From the NCBI GenBank assembly GCA_030704615.1, contig CM060731.1:63984001-64048000 (forward strand): 64,000 nucleotides of DNA, in the 5' to 3' direction. This document shows, one piece after another, positions 18,303 through 31,221 of this stretch. Below the pieces are notes generated by a model. The model saw only the letters and a list, made by a program, of their open reading frames with translations, was not told the origin of the DNA and made no database searches. Both the position numbers and the translations under genes were made by a program. The stretch comes from Takakia lepidozioides (lineage: Eukaryota; Plantae; Bryophyta). How positions within the stretch are numbered: the stretch's first letter is position 1; every line of letters starts with the position of its first letter.

Positions 18303-21300
18303 CTAGTCAGCTTTGCTACAAGCAGGAGTATCAGCCGCATCGGCTAGTCCACCAGTTTGCTCAAGGTGGTCGTGGTCTGACACAAACGACAGTTCGCATG
18401 CAAGAGCTAGGTGATCGCTCCCCCATTTCTGTGCACAATTGTCATCAACCATTCACCAATTAAAAACCCCACCCATCACATCCAAAATGTCACCAATAGT
18501 ACCAAAATGACTGTCTATCTAATCAGTTATTGTATTCTTTTTTCCTTTGCAAAATGCAAGTTATGCATTCAGAAATAAGTTAAAGTTCAGCTATGAGGCA
18601 CCATGATAAAAACAATGGCCGTGAAACAATAACGGAAACTCTGCTACGACTCTGGTGTGTGCGTGTGAGAGACAGAAAACCAGGCGGCACCGGGCTCAGC
18701 ATCTTCTTGGCTTGGGAAGGTTGTGATCAGTATATGAAGTCTCTTCTTGGGTGCTGCTGGGAATAGACAAAAACCATGCTGAAGGGAGAGAGGGAGAGAG
18801 AATGTACTCATAAGACGTTGTTTGCCGTAGCCTTGTGGCCATTGACCCCGCGCCCAGTTTGAGCGGAAACCATAGGGAACGAACCTACCTCTGTCAGGGG
18901 CTGACATTGGTAGTAAGACTTACCTTTATACATAGAATTGACCCGGGTTTTCCAGATATCCTCTAGAAATCCCTTCACACAAGCATCAATCTGCTGTGTG
19001 TGATTTGCCCAAAAACTAGGCCTCAGGAGGGCCTGGGCTTTTGGCTCAGCCTCGAGAGTTTCAAAGTTGGTAAACACGGGTACAGGCACAATTCCCTTGA
19101 TAGAGTTGAAGAGAGCGTCTCTTTGGTGAGAGAACCCGGACAGTGTATCAGAAAATGAATACTGTCTTCAGATTGCCCACACAACGGGCAATTGCACTCT
19201 CCCTTTCCTCTCTGCTTCTGTTTGCTGTTCAAAGGTAGGCTTCCTGCCCTGAGTTTAAATTTCCCGAGAGTGGGTAGACCCTTGAGGTCATCCAAAATGT
19301 CCTCCCCATGTCACTGACTGGAAACAAGTTCAGGGAAGTTTTCTGCCTAACTTCATTTTCATCAGACAATCTCATGGCAACAGACATGGCTTTGGACACT
19401 ACAGCCTCTAAGTCAGATTTATCCAGCAGGGTCAAGACTTGCGGATCCAGGTCCAGGTCCTTGAGAATCTCTTCTACTCTCTTCTGCCAGGACTTAAGCC
19501 TGTTTGACAGGGCGGTCCTGTTTCCAAGATATAGAGTCGATTAACTTAGGATATCTGGTGTTGGGCATATGTTGCAGCTGACTCCACCATCTGACCTTGA
19601 ATTCATCTCGTCGGGAGCTTAAGGATGGAATGCCAAACTCACCCCGAACAGCCACATTGGCTGTTTTGGAGCATGCTGACATACACTCCTTAAGCACCCC
19701 CACTTGAATGGATTCTAGAGACTTAGCCTGGTTGGAGTTATCAACCCATATAGCAGATCCGTACTCCAAGGCAGGTCTAATAACGCGACAAAGCATGGTT
19801 TTCTTAACCTCAGAGTTGACCCCTCTGCAGTAGAAAAATTTAGTGAGCCCCAGAGCTTTGCCCTGGACAGTTTGAACAACTTTCCGGATATGTGCATCCC
19901 AATTACAATTGGAGGAAAACACAACGCCCAGGTAAGTGTAGGAAGGGAGGACCGGGATCTCTTAGCTACCCCACTGCCACTTAAGATCACTTCCTCCCTC
20001 TCCTCTGACGTTGAATGCTACCACTGCACATTTGCTGACATTAGCCTCTAGCCCCCAAAGATCAAAGTATCTCTTCGCGCAATCAATCAACTCCTGGAGA
20101 TTGGTTGGAGTCTCCCCTATGCCTGCGAAGTCATCTGCAAACATAAGGGCTGGTATGGTGGGTATCACCCACCCTTAACCCAAATCCCTCACTTTCACAT
20201 CCTCGAGGAGTTGATTGATGAAAACATTGAAGAGCAGAGGGGAGAGAGTACATCCTTGAGCTACACCTTGGTCTATGTCAAAGAAGTTGGACTTCTGTCC
20301 GTAACAGTGACACAGCTTTTGGTGTGAGCATACAAGTTGTGGACAACTCTCCACATCTTTCCCTTGATCCCACAAGACCAGAGGCGGAACCATAGGCCAT
20401 CTCTCCACACTGTGTCATAATCCTTTTTGACATCCAGGAAAAAAACATAAGTGGGTTTCCCTTCTTTTTTCCTTCCCTGAATAATCTGGCTTAGAGTTAA
20501 GATATGATCCACACAGCCCCTGTTTCGCCGAAAGCCAGCTTGGCCTTCGTGGAAACAACCTCTAGACTCCACATCAACCTCGAGACAAGTACTTATAACT
20601 CTGCAGAATGTCTTGCCAACAGCATTGAGGAGTGTGATGCCACGGTAGTTCCCCGGTTCTTCTCTGTCATCCTTCTTGTATAGATTGACAATGACCCCCT
20701 GTCGCCAGCGAAAGGGGATCATTTCAGTCTTCCAGATAAGGTTAAAGAGGAGAACTAGGGCCTCTATCATGGGATCGCCACCGTGCTTGATAAGCTCGTT
20801 GACAATACATCAGGTCAACCAGCTTTATATCCATTTTTCAATTGCTTCCACAATCTCAGAAGAACTAATGGGAGCGTTATAAGCCATTGAAATATACTCC
20901 AGTTCATCAGGGCTGTTTTGAATCATAGGGACAGTTTTTCCAACTGTGTCCCTCCATTCAGCAGAAGACCCCTCACTGTTAGACCTAGAAGTTTCTGCCA
21001 AGGATACTGTAGTGATTTTCAAAGGTTTTGACAATGTCAACCGATGAAGTCACCACTGCACCTTTAGTAGTCTTCAGCGCTTGTACTTGCTGACCGTTTT
21101 TAGGCTTGTACAAACGTTGAAGGGCCAACCAGAATTTCTTGTCATTACCACCATGGTGGTTTGAGTTTATTTCACTGTATAACTTATCCCAGTATAATTT
21201 CTTCTGAGACCTAACAAGCTGATTGATATCTTTACGGAGCTGGTAGTACCTCGCCCACATTCTTTGTTGTTTTCAAATTGCAGCACTCTTATAGAGGGCT

Positions 21301-24300
21301 CGTCTCTCAGCTATCTTGAGTTTGATCTCATTGGTCCACCAATTAACAGCTCTACGCAGACAATTAGTTTCCTCCCAAATGATCTTGTCAGCCACGGAGG
21401 AAACGAAACTCTCCCCAAGAGTCCACTGCTCTTTCGACTTCATTTCTTGCGTTGTCAGAGAGAGACTCAAGTTCTTGGAGCGATTGGACAAAGTGAGGGA
21501 GAGCCTCTTGCAAGGCCTGGACGTACTCAGCCTTGACCTCCTCATTATGGAATTTTTCTATGCGCCACTTCCGAATCGAACGTTTCACAGATCTCTTGGT
21601 GTTGAGAAAACACCTTTTGATCTCAGTCCAAACCAGGAAGTGGTCAGAGGTACCAATATCAGTTCTGTCGATCAACACATTGGCACACTGGGGAAACAAA
21701 TTTTTGTCCATTATGATATAGTCCACAATGGAACGTTCCCCAGTTTGGGATTTCTCACGAGTCCACTGCACTTGGTCACCTCTTGTCCTGTTATTCAAGG
21801 TCAAAAGCTGAAGCTCTTCCAGACAGTTAATTAACCGTCTGCCATTAGAAAAAGCTCGTCCTCACCAAAAGGCCCAATGATATCGTCCTGATGGAGCCCT
21901 TTGCCCACCCGGGCATTGAAGTCACCCAATAGCACTACCTGACCTTTGGCAAGGAAGAAGCACAGTCCAGCTTTACATCTTCGAAGGCTTTGTCTGCGTC
22001 AGCACTAAGGGTCCCCTCTGTGGGCATGTAAACACAACCCACAAAGAGGTCCTTCGTACTCATGCCGCCCTTCAGATTCAGTTTTAGCCAGATACTATGC
22101 TCGTACCTCAAACCCTTGTTGAGAATTTCACAATTATCAAACAAGAAATCACGGACAAAGAATCCAACCCCTTTTTGACCGCGTTTGGCAGAGGCTGCCT
22201 TGAGAGTACACATCCTACCTGCCCATTTATAACCATTGACATCTCCAACCAGTTTATCCGACGTTTCCCATGTTTCTTGCCCAGCACAGATATGAATATC
22301 ATTAGTCCGAAGGACTTGTCCCACTTCGAGTTGTTTCCTTTGGTTAGTAAGCCCTGAGAAGTTGAAAGTGGCCAGCCGCAAGCCAGCCCTTTGCATGTGA
22401 ATTGTTTGTCGTCTAGGTAGCTTGTGATTGCTCCTGGACGGCCAACCGTTCTGCAAAGGGGGGACAGTTACCCCATGTGTAGATTTTGCTCGTCTTGTGT
22501 AAACTTTGAGAATTGGTAAACCATTCAGGGTACCAAATCCTTCAGTTACACGACGCACAGGCTCCGCACACTTAGGGGTATATTGTCCGTCAGACTGCTT
22601 GGGACAATTACCCCGTGTGTAGATTTTGCGTCTTGTGTAGACTTTGAGGATTGGTAAACCAGTTAGAGTACCAAATCCTTCAGTTACACGACGTTCAGGC
22701 TCTGCACACTTAGGGACAGATTGTCCATCTGACGGCTTGGGGACAATTACCCCGTGTATAGAATTTGTTCGTCTTGTGTAAGCCTTGAGGATTGGTAAAC
22801 CATTCAGAGTACCAAATCCTTCAGATTCAGGACGTTCAGGTTCTGTACACTTAGGGGCATCTTGTCCTTCTGGCTGTTTGGATTCAACCTCATTCAGAGC
22901 ATCAAACCGATTAGAAACCCTCAAGTTGAAGTCCTTGCCCTTGGTTGTCTTCCTAGAGCGCCCCATTGAATCACCAATGTCTAAGACCGCTCTCCAGCCA
23001 GTCAAGGGACGAACTTCTTTGAGATTGAATTGATGTGGGACTCTATTATCAAGTCTCGAGATGGAACCATTAGCCATGAAATCCAAGCCTAAGCTAGAGC
23101 ATGTAGTTTTAAAGGACACATCGTCCATCCTGGGATTCACCCCAAAAACTACACATGAAGCCCTAGATTTGGCATAAGTAACCAATTCCCAGGAATCACC
23201 CTGGGGAGTGTTGATGTTGATAGGAGCTAAAATCCAGAGAGAGAGAGAGAATATGTATCATACGACATTTCCGTAGCCTCCAGAGAGAGAGAGAGGGCAC
23301 AAGCATCAACCTGCTGTGTGTGGTTTGCCCAATAACTAGGCCCCAAAAGGGCCTGGGCTTTTGGCTCAGCCTCAAGACTCTCAAAGTTGGTAAACAGAGA
23401 TACAGGCACAATTCCCTTGATAGAATTGAAGGGAGTGTCTCTCTGGTGAGAGAACCTGGGACAATGAATGAGAAAATGAATATTGGCTTCAGCTTGCCCA
23501 CAAAACGGGCAATTGCACTCTCCCTTTCCTCTCTGCTTCTGTTTGCTGTTCAAAGGCAGGCTTCCCGCTCAGTCTAGTGCCGAGAGTGGGTAGACCCTTG
23601 AGGTCATCCATGATGTCCTCCCCCATGTCACAGACTGGAAACAAGTTCAGGGAAGTTTTCTGCCTAACTTCATTAGAGGGAGGGAGAGAGAGAGAAAGAA
23701 CCTGTGATGGAAGGCCTTGCGTACGCTGTAGAATATCCAGAGGAAGAGTATCTAAAACCCTTACTGTAGACAAACCCTCTGTATGCCTGCACCAGCCAAT
23801 TCATCATTATGGCTCTCCTTACCTCCAAATGCCATAGCTTGCCTTCTATTGCTAGATGAGCATACAGTTGACTTCATCCCATGATCTGACAATATTTGGT
23901 TCCCCTATCACTTAGCCACTGAGACCCGCTATATTTCCTACTGGTCACATGCAACTTGATCTTACACTTGTCTGCAGCTTCCTTGCTCCATGTCCTCAGT
24001 GCTGTAACATTCTCATTTACAAAACTTAAGACGCATTGTTTCAGAAGGATCAACAGAGGTATCTGGGAGCAAATACCAAATGTAATCAACAGTCCCCATA
24101 AACTTGCGGTGATAGGTTGTAACAAGTGGCTCCCCCATGTCATCTCTGCTGCCAGCCTTGCCCTGCTCATAGAAGCTGCAAGGTCAGGAGGATGTACTAC
24201 TCCAACAAAGAAGGACACAGTGGCCCAAGACATTGGACCACCTATGTGGGAGGACACTGGCAATGGACCAATAAGCTAGAGAGATCACAATATCCAACAA

Positions 24301-27300
24301 GGCCTGTACTACAACAATGACGGACTGAACCCAAATACCCTTTCTGACACATCCGGTCTCAACATCTCAACAAACACCATAGACCATCCTGTACATGGGA
24401 ATTTCCTTGTAGAGAACTATAGAATGGCAAACGAGCCACATGATAAACACCTGCTTTCAATTTTGCAACAATCACAAACCCCTATTCAAAAATTTCCGTG
24501 AAATTCACCGTACCAGAAAACCAAGCTTGAGAGTGCAATATCAGACTGCAGTTTGACTGACAATTGCCAGTAGGGGAACGGTAGAAAGGAGACCTCAATT
24601 TCCGAGTAGGCACTCTGCAGCTTTAAATTGTGCCGGAGAGTTGTATCCTGCTCACTTCCTGTTGCTGCCTTCAGCTCATCAGGAGTCCAACTCCATGGCC
24701 TGACAAAAAGGTGACCCTTGGGACATAAGCCAGACCATATAGCACGGTGATGCAATTGAATCTCTATCTCCTTGATGAACAGAACCACAGACAGGGACTA
24801 ATTGACTTAAACCATACCTTTCCGGCGGTACAAGAACATCCACTACCGAGCCCTCCAGCTGACAGCTCACATCAAGATCACGTCCTTCTAGTGATGAAAA
24901 GACTGAGACTGTGCTTGTCTCCCTGACATAAGTGGCCAAACCCTCTTTCCCATCAATAGCAACTGTACATGCTTCTGTCTCCACAGACACTATGCTAGGC
25001 ACATCACTGCCAGCCAACTCCTCCCCAGCAACCAGTGCATCAATCGGCGAAGACTGAGAACATGAGCGCCACCTGTAAAAATGTCCCCCAGCTTTTCAAA
25101 GTTGTGAAAATAAATGTATTTCTCAGCAGTGACATTGTTACATTACGTGTTTGCTAAGATCGAGCTACCAATATTGCACTCAGTCATACACTATAGATTG
25201 TCAAAGGCAACACTCAGTAAAAAGTTTATGAACTGCTGAAGATCTATGCACAAGAGTCATCCCTTCCTTCAACCTTCCCGTCATCTGCCACCAATATCAA
25301 GTGCAGACATATTCAAAGCTACCTGTTTGCCTCAGATGCAGGCAGCCCACTTGACTCACATGCCACATGGCCATTGCCTTCCCCATCATCATACTGCCCT
25401 GATATTAGTCGTCGGTCAAGATCAGCCACGTCCAGCTACATTCCACACAACCACTGTAAATGCATATACAGTCCAAATTGGCTTTTCTATTTGTAAATTA
25501 TAATTGACACAAGCGACATGCACATCGCTACAATTAGCATAACTGTTTTGAACGTCCACCTAACACAAAGACAGCCAGGTTACTAGTACAAAACAAAGGA
25601 CACAAAAGTAAGAGCAAGAGTACACTACATCATGCCTTCCTGTCCATTATGCATATACGATGCAGGCAAATAAATGGCAAGAAAGTCACCTAAATATCAC
25701 ATTATACACAAAGATTCATTACTTAATTCATTGGATACTCTGCATATATTTGACAGACTTCAGTCCTACAAAGATTAATGGATTCCTAAAGAAGAGTAAC
25801 ATGAGGGGAGTCTATTCCACACCTCGGAAGTAGCCACGTAGTGGTACAGAGCACTCTACAAGCCCAGACCAAACAAATCTGACTGTCAGAATCATATAAA
25901 TGTTCATTAGTCCTGTTCAGCCTAGCAGCGTCAGACTGCCACAATCACTTATCCACAAGTAATACAGCAAGATCTTAAGACAAAAAGAAGGTTGGATATT
26001 ATCACAGATGCCACATGCACAAGCATCAGCCCTTCACTGGAAAACTGCATGTATATTCAATTGAACACTAGGAACTTATATTTTACCTTGCTTGCAGCAG
26101 ATGGCCACTCAATTCGAGCCTCGATGACAAGCACATATTCTCTAACAAAATTTTTCATATATTCGAGCAAGTTGTCCAAATATAGACATTCAAGTCAGAG
26201 CATAATCCACAACAAAAGAAAGTGTCTACCGACAGACATTTCATTCCACTGGTGGATGCCCTGGACATGCTACAGGCTATGTCTTATTGTAATTAGGGGG
26301 CAGCCAGCATGACATTACCGTGGGGGTACTATTAAAGTCACCAGCAATTGCAACAGGTGCGCCACCCCAGTCTTGGGAGAGAGTGTTTGCTCTGTCCAAA
26401 AGCACACGAACCTGGAAAAATGTCCAGGAATCCATTAAGATGGTTAGCAACCACATTGACTAGAGGCTTCAAATCATACAACACCAACCTTGTTGGGAGT
26501 TGGGAGCCATGACCTTAGGGTATCCTTTTTTAATTAGCTAAAACATTTCTTCAAGCTAGCATAGTACTCCACTTGGAAGTGCATTAATGGGTTTCGAAGC
26601 CATAATCAAATTTGCTTATGAGATTGTTCATTCAACACATCCAAAACATCCTGCAACTTTTTGAAGTCGGTAGGATGAGCCTCTTGTTGCTCTCTAATTT
26701 TGCACATGCACTAAGATCCTATGACTTGCTACCTGGCCAAGCTTGATGTCACCACGTTTGGGGTTAAAGAGCACATGAATGTTGCCCACCACCACACATT
26801 TGTTTGCACTGTTCCATTGCAACGAGAGACACTCAGTTATAGTTTTTCCATCTGGATCCACATATCATTATTACTCTCCTTCAACGACTTGATGATGGGT
26901 TATATATAATAATATGACTCTACATTCCCATTATGGAATGATCTGCTTCACCCACATCCGCTGTGCAACATGTAAAGTTTCTGCCAATTGCTATACATTC
27001 CCGTCCCAAAATTGGTTTTCTGCAATTCAGGCTACAGACTATCTGAGTGCATGGATAAACATGCTGAGGTGATGGAACAGTAACAGGAAGATCTTTGAAG
27101 ACTTCATGAAAACAAACCCAGGAAACCTCGCACCTGACATAACTTCCTGAAAAGTTAAAAAACAATGTCTTCTTATCATTTTCAAGGAATTTAACAGCTC
27201 ACCAATCAGAACCATACATCTATGTCTCAAAGTAAGGGAATTCAGTTCTAAGCAAGTTCAAACAAGTAACACCTTCACAAAGGATTGAGCGAGGCTCACT

Positions 27301-30300
27301 GGTACCCAGATTTTTCTGGTTGTATCTCCTCATGTTCGTTTGACTTGCAATTCCCATTTGTGCTCTGAGAAAATGCACGGCACAAGCGTTGGCAAACCAA
27401 GAATGTTCGGGACGGAAAAGTTGGGAGATGGAGTAATTACAAAATCCTACTGCTTCACCATGAAAGGCTCTCATTACAGACTACAATAGCACACACAACA
27501 CCCTGGAAAGACGCCAAGCATCACCTGTAAAACACACAGCTGTGCGACATTGTCACGAAGGTCAAGCTCCCTGAACTCTATACTCTCCTCTTGAAGAAGC
27601 TTGAATCTGAGACCACAATAACAAAGATCAGATCTTGTCTGCTTACCCCTCTAATTGGCCAAACATTGGAAGACTCAACACAGTGTACTAAAGGAGAAGA
27701 CCAGGACAGAATCTGGGTTGAGAGAGCAAGCAGTCCTGGTATAGTAAAAGACAAAATCATTGCAAGCTAAGCCTTAGGTGTACATAAAGTCTTGGATGGC
27801 TGCTTCTTGGCCCCAGGGTATGTATGGCCCTATGGGGTGGCATTAAGCCTAAGACATGTTGTATCCAACTGAGATTGAGATTCACCGAACCTTCTTTGTC
27901 TCCAGAAAATAGCACATCCATCATTTGCCTTGCCTGTGCGGCCCTGTGCATAGATAGCCCAATAAATTATCGCTCAGATGAGGGTCATTCAATTTCTCTC
28001 GGCTTGGCATCAGTGAACTCCTCATGCTGCTACTCTCTCTCTGCAAAACACTATGATCTAGAACATCTTTAACACTTCCATCTGACTGCAACGGCATACG
28101 AAATTGCTTCCTGCCACTTTGGATAGTTGTAATCACCACAAAGTTCATCCAGCAGAAAGGGCACAGCTACAAGATCATTTAGCCTCCTACAAGTTTGTCG
28201 ACTTTTTGCCAACCCCTCCACCCCCCTAACCATAAACTGGAGAAATGTTTGCACCAATAGGAAAGACACTTGGTCAAGCAGTTTGATCCTCAACTGCACA
28301 AGGATCTAAGAATGATTGGTGGATGGAATATGTAGAGGCCTGAATACCGATGCAATGAGGCACACACCTTGTACACACCCGTGTAACCTCTTTTTTGCAG
28401 TTCCTCATTTAAGTCATCAAACCGATCCACCTCCTGCTTGTGACAAGAGTGGGGGAGTTGGTTGGATAGCCTTGATACTGCAAGAGGACTACATGATATT
28501 CTGATAGGAGCAATGCCAACCCATCAAATAGATTCTACATCACAATTCAACCCTCTATCATGTAGCTGGTCAGAGTTGGACAGTAGACAAAAATTGTGTG
28601 ATGTTAAAAGCCAGACTGAATTGATTAGCATGCAATCATAATTTCATACCCTTCCACACTCTCATCTTTATACCCTTCCACACTATTCAAGATGAGACAA
28701 AAACTGAGAAAATATCCTTGAAACCTTTCAGAAGCATTGTCTACTAAGCTTCAGATAAGAGCACAAGCCCACAACCGTGAAAGCCCCTTGTGCACTTGGC
28801 CATTGTCTCAAAATTATTGCATGCTACATGTCAAATAGTATAACTTCATGCCTGAAGAAAACGTAAACCTTGACCCAGCTTGAGACCTTGTGTAAATCTC
28901 AGCATCTTGCAAATAGTAGAGTAAACCATTTATGAGGTTAAAAAGAAACAAGTATATAGTATATACATTATAAACGGATCATGTGTACACTTGAGTAACA
29001 CTAGGATCACTGGCATCATTTGCAAAAGTGTAGTGAATATTGTGCAGAGCAGTCTAAGGAAGTGGTCCTGTCTGTGTGGAGTTTGCATCTGGCAACCAAC
29101 ACAAGGTTGTGAGAATTTTACAAATACAGTGAGCACTAACAAACTGATAGAAGAATAAAGTTCAGCCTCCGGTTTGATAGCGGACAGCTCACTTGTAAAC
29201 ACAAGATGTCTGGAGACCAGAGGTTAATCTCCTGCAGAAGCTTCCACTTGCGAGTGCCCCACTTCATAAAGTGTGAGGGGATGTGATAGTACAGTTCCCG
29301 CCAATGCTGTCGAACATTGTCCACCGCCAGAATGTTGTAGGACACTAGTATAAATTTCTCTGGAGGCACCAACGAACCAACATGTCAAAGTCAGCACTTC
29401 AAAACATATTTTAATATAAGCTCAATTTGATACACAGAATGTCACATTCCAGAGAATGTCAGACTCACTACTTGTTTCATCACCCGGGCAGCTTCCATTA
29501 AGATTACTACCGGAGCTGAAGACCTTTCAGAGGTAAGAATTTGCAGGTCAAAAAGGCCCAGAACCCCTAAAGCCAACTATGTGAGGTGAACAAGCATCCT
29601 GGCTAACAGTCTTTACACATAGCAGCAAAGATCATCAACTCTCCTTTACTCTTAAGACACCAAGACTGGTACAGTGGTTCAAATAACTTGAATTCGCAGC
29701 AGAATCCAAAGTGACATCTCATAGAAACGGTTTTGAAGCATCTTCCCACCATGAGCTAAAGAAGGTTTCTGGACTGCATGGAGCCAGTAACGGTACTCAT
29801 CGGAGCTTACACGTCGCCTCACTGCCCTCTCCCCTCCCCGATTACTATGGCACCATCTGTGATTACCCCCACCCGTCCACCCCCTCCATGATGATTGAGT
29901 TAATCATGCCCCAGGCGGAATAATTGCAAATACTGACTGGGTTTCAACGAAAGTTTCATAAATTGACTGCGTTGAGAAAGCAAATCCCTGGCGATCTGTC
30001 GCAATTCTGGACTGGTAGACTTGTGTAAACCTCTTTAGCATGGAGAATTCACTACTGGCATGGATGATCACAGTCTACAGATGTACACGTGGTAGCCTAA
30101 TCACCACTATAGAGCAGGACACGCATAGAACACTAAGCGAGTGAGGTACAAAGATTCTAGAAGTGAACACAGTCCTAGCATCTAAAGCACGCAACACTGA
30201 CCTTCCTCCGTTTCTGGACGAGCCCCCGCGCCCATTACTCGGCCTCTTAACCAGAGGACGCTCGGGAGGGGCACCACTTGTGTTGGTTCCAGCCATGCTC

Positions 30301-30572
30301 TTGAATCTCTCTAGATTGCCAATCGTCTTACTTGACTGCATCCCCAACAAGCTCGAAGGGCCCTTCTCATAGGTGCTACTTTTACACAAGGGCTCTCCAT
30401 TACATGCCCTCCAATTTGAGGCCGGCAAGACAAGCAAAGAAGAGATTTGCGAGAGCGAAAATGGGGCGGGCGTGAGCAACCGGGCGAGAGAAGGCATAGG
30501 GGCCTGCTCCATGCGCTGCCCCCTAAACCCCGGAGCTGGAATCTCAAGAGGCGCTGTGCAATAAATGCCCAC
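18303..30572 (-). CDS. CCR4/Angel-like EEP-family nuclease (carbon catabolite repressor 4 homolog), multi-exon; start approximate
   Basis: Exons encode EKFILVSYNILA…SPDILCLQ (~29190-29360), DLRDNVAQLCVLQ (~27530-27575), PVAIAGDFNSTP (~26320-26410), LQSAYSE, GEPLVTTYHRKFMGTVDYIW (~24078-24163), TEGLSTVRVLDTLP…GLPSQ (23702-~23787), and a terminal exon KWGSDHLALACEL…stop (18303-18428). Confidence 0.88.
18800..23230 (-). mobile_element. Degenerate non-LTR retrotransposon (LINE; APE endonuclease, RT, C-terminal CCHC) in the last intron of the CCR4-like gene; clade unresolved, possibly RTE/RTEX-like
   Basis: APE motifs LATFNFSGL, GQETW, GVGFFV, VYMP, VDYI, SDH; RT motifs YRGITLL, QAGFR, FLDVKK, GVAQGCTLSPLLF, FADD; CPLCG…HFLIHCP. 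Several frameshifts. The 3' end runs into a TC-rich tract. Confidence 0.9.
22461..22875 (-). repeat. About three tandem ~140-bp coding repeats (46-47 aa) in the LINE ORF upstream of APE
   Basis: PKC(A/T)EP-x-R…EGFGTL-x-GLPILK(V/A)YTRR occurs three times in ORF 21935-23185. DNA unit starts at ~22461, ~22601 and ~22740. Confidence 0.85.
23237..23673 (-). mobile_element. Second, 5'-truncated 3'-end fragment of the same LINE family, flanked by (GA)n
   Basis: Aligns to ~18800-19355 (NEVRQKTSLNLFPV, KQRGKGECNCP, EAEPKAQALL), with an internal deletion at an (AG)n run near 23282-23295. Confidence 0.85.
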
Positions 30573-31221
30573 ATTTAGAACTTTACTTGCCCCCTCTACA
30601 CTCTACACTCCATCCATTCTTTATTTGGACCTTCAACAATCGGCCTCCAACTCCTCTCCCAAATGTGCTTACAGTATCCTTTCAATTCTATAAACATCTT
30701 ACCGCCCACAAATTATAGCGGTATCGGCCCAACCTTTCTAATTCCAATCGTCTCTCTCTCATCAAGGCGTTGATGTTTGAAGAGCTGTAATGGTTGAAGC
30801 CTGGGTTGTATGAGGCGGTGGTTGAAGCTCTGCCTGCTGAGCTGCACACCGGTGGTTTGCGCAGAGAGATATGAGATATCCGGACTTGAAACATAAGAGT
30901 TCGAAGGATATTTTATGGATAGAGGGTCAGTCGAACCTCCCTCGGGTGAAGGCAGAGCTGGTTGCTATGACACAAGTTCAAGCACAACCTAGTGATGGTT
31001 CTCAATTCGGCGTACACCTTGAGCATCCAGGCCAAGCAAACACCAGGTATTGTTGATGCTGATGATATAGAGGGCTTAATGTCATACAGATTGGAACTGT
31101 TAAGTCTCTTTTGAAAGTCGACTACTTTAGTCATTCTGTAACAACGGGTTGTCCTCATACAGCCATCTTTCTGTGAAGTAACTAGAGCTTCAAGTGTTTT
31201 GTGTGCATCTGCGCTTACTAG

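Noticed and set aside
26520-26528. U12-type donor GTATCCTTT
   Set aside because: It is on the strand opposite the host gene, and no plus-strand gene is evident there.
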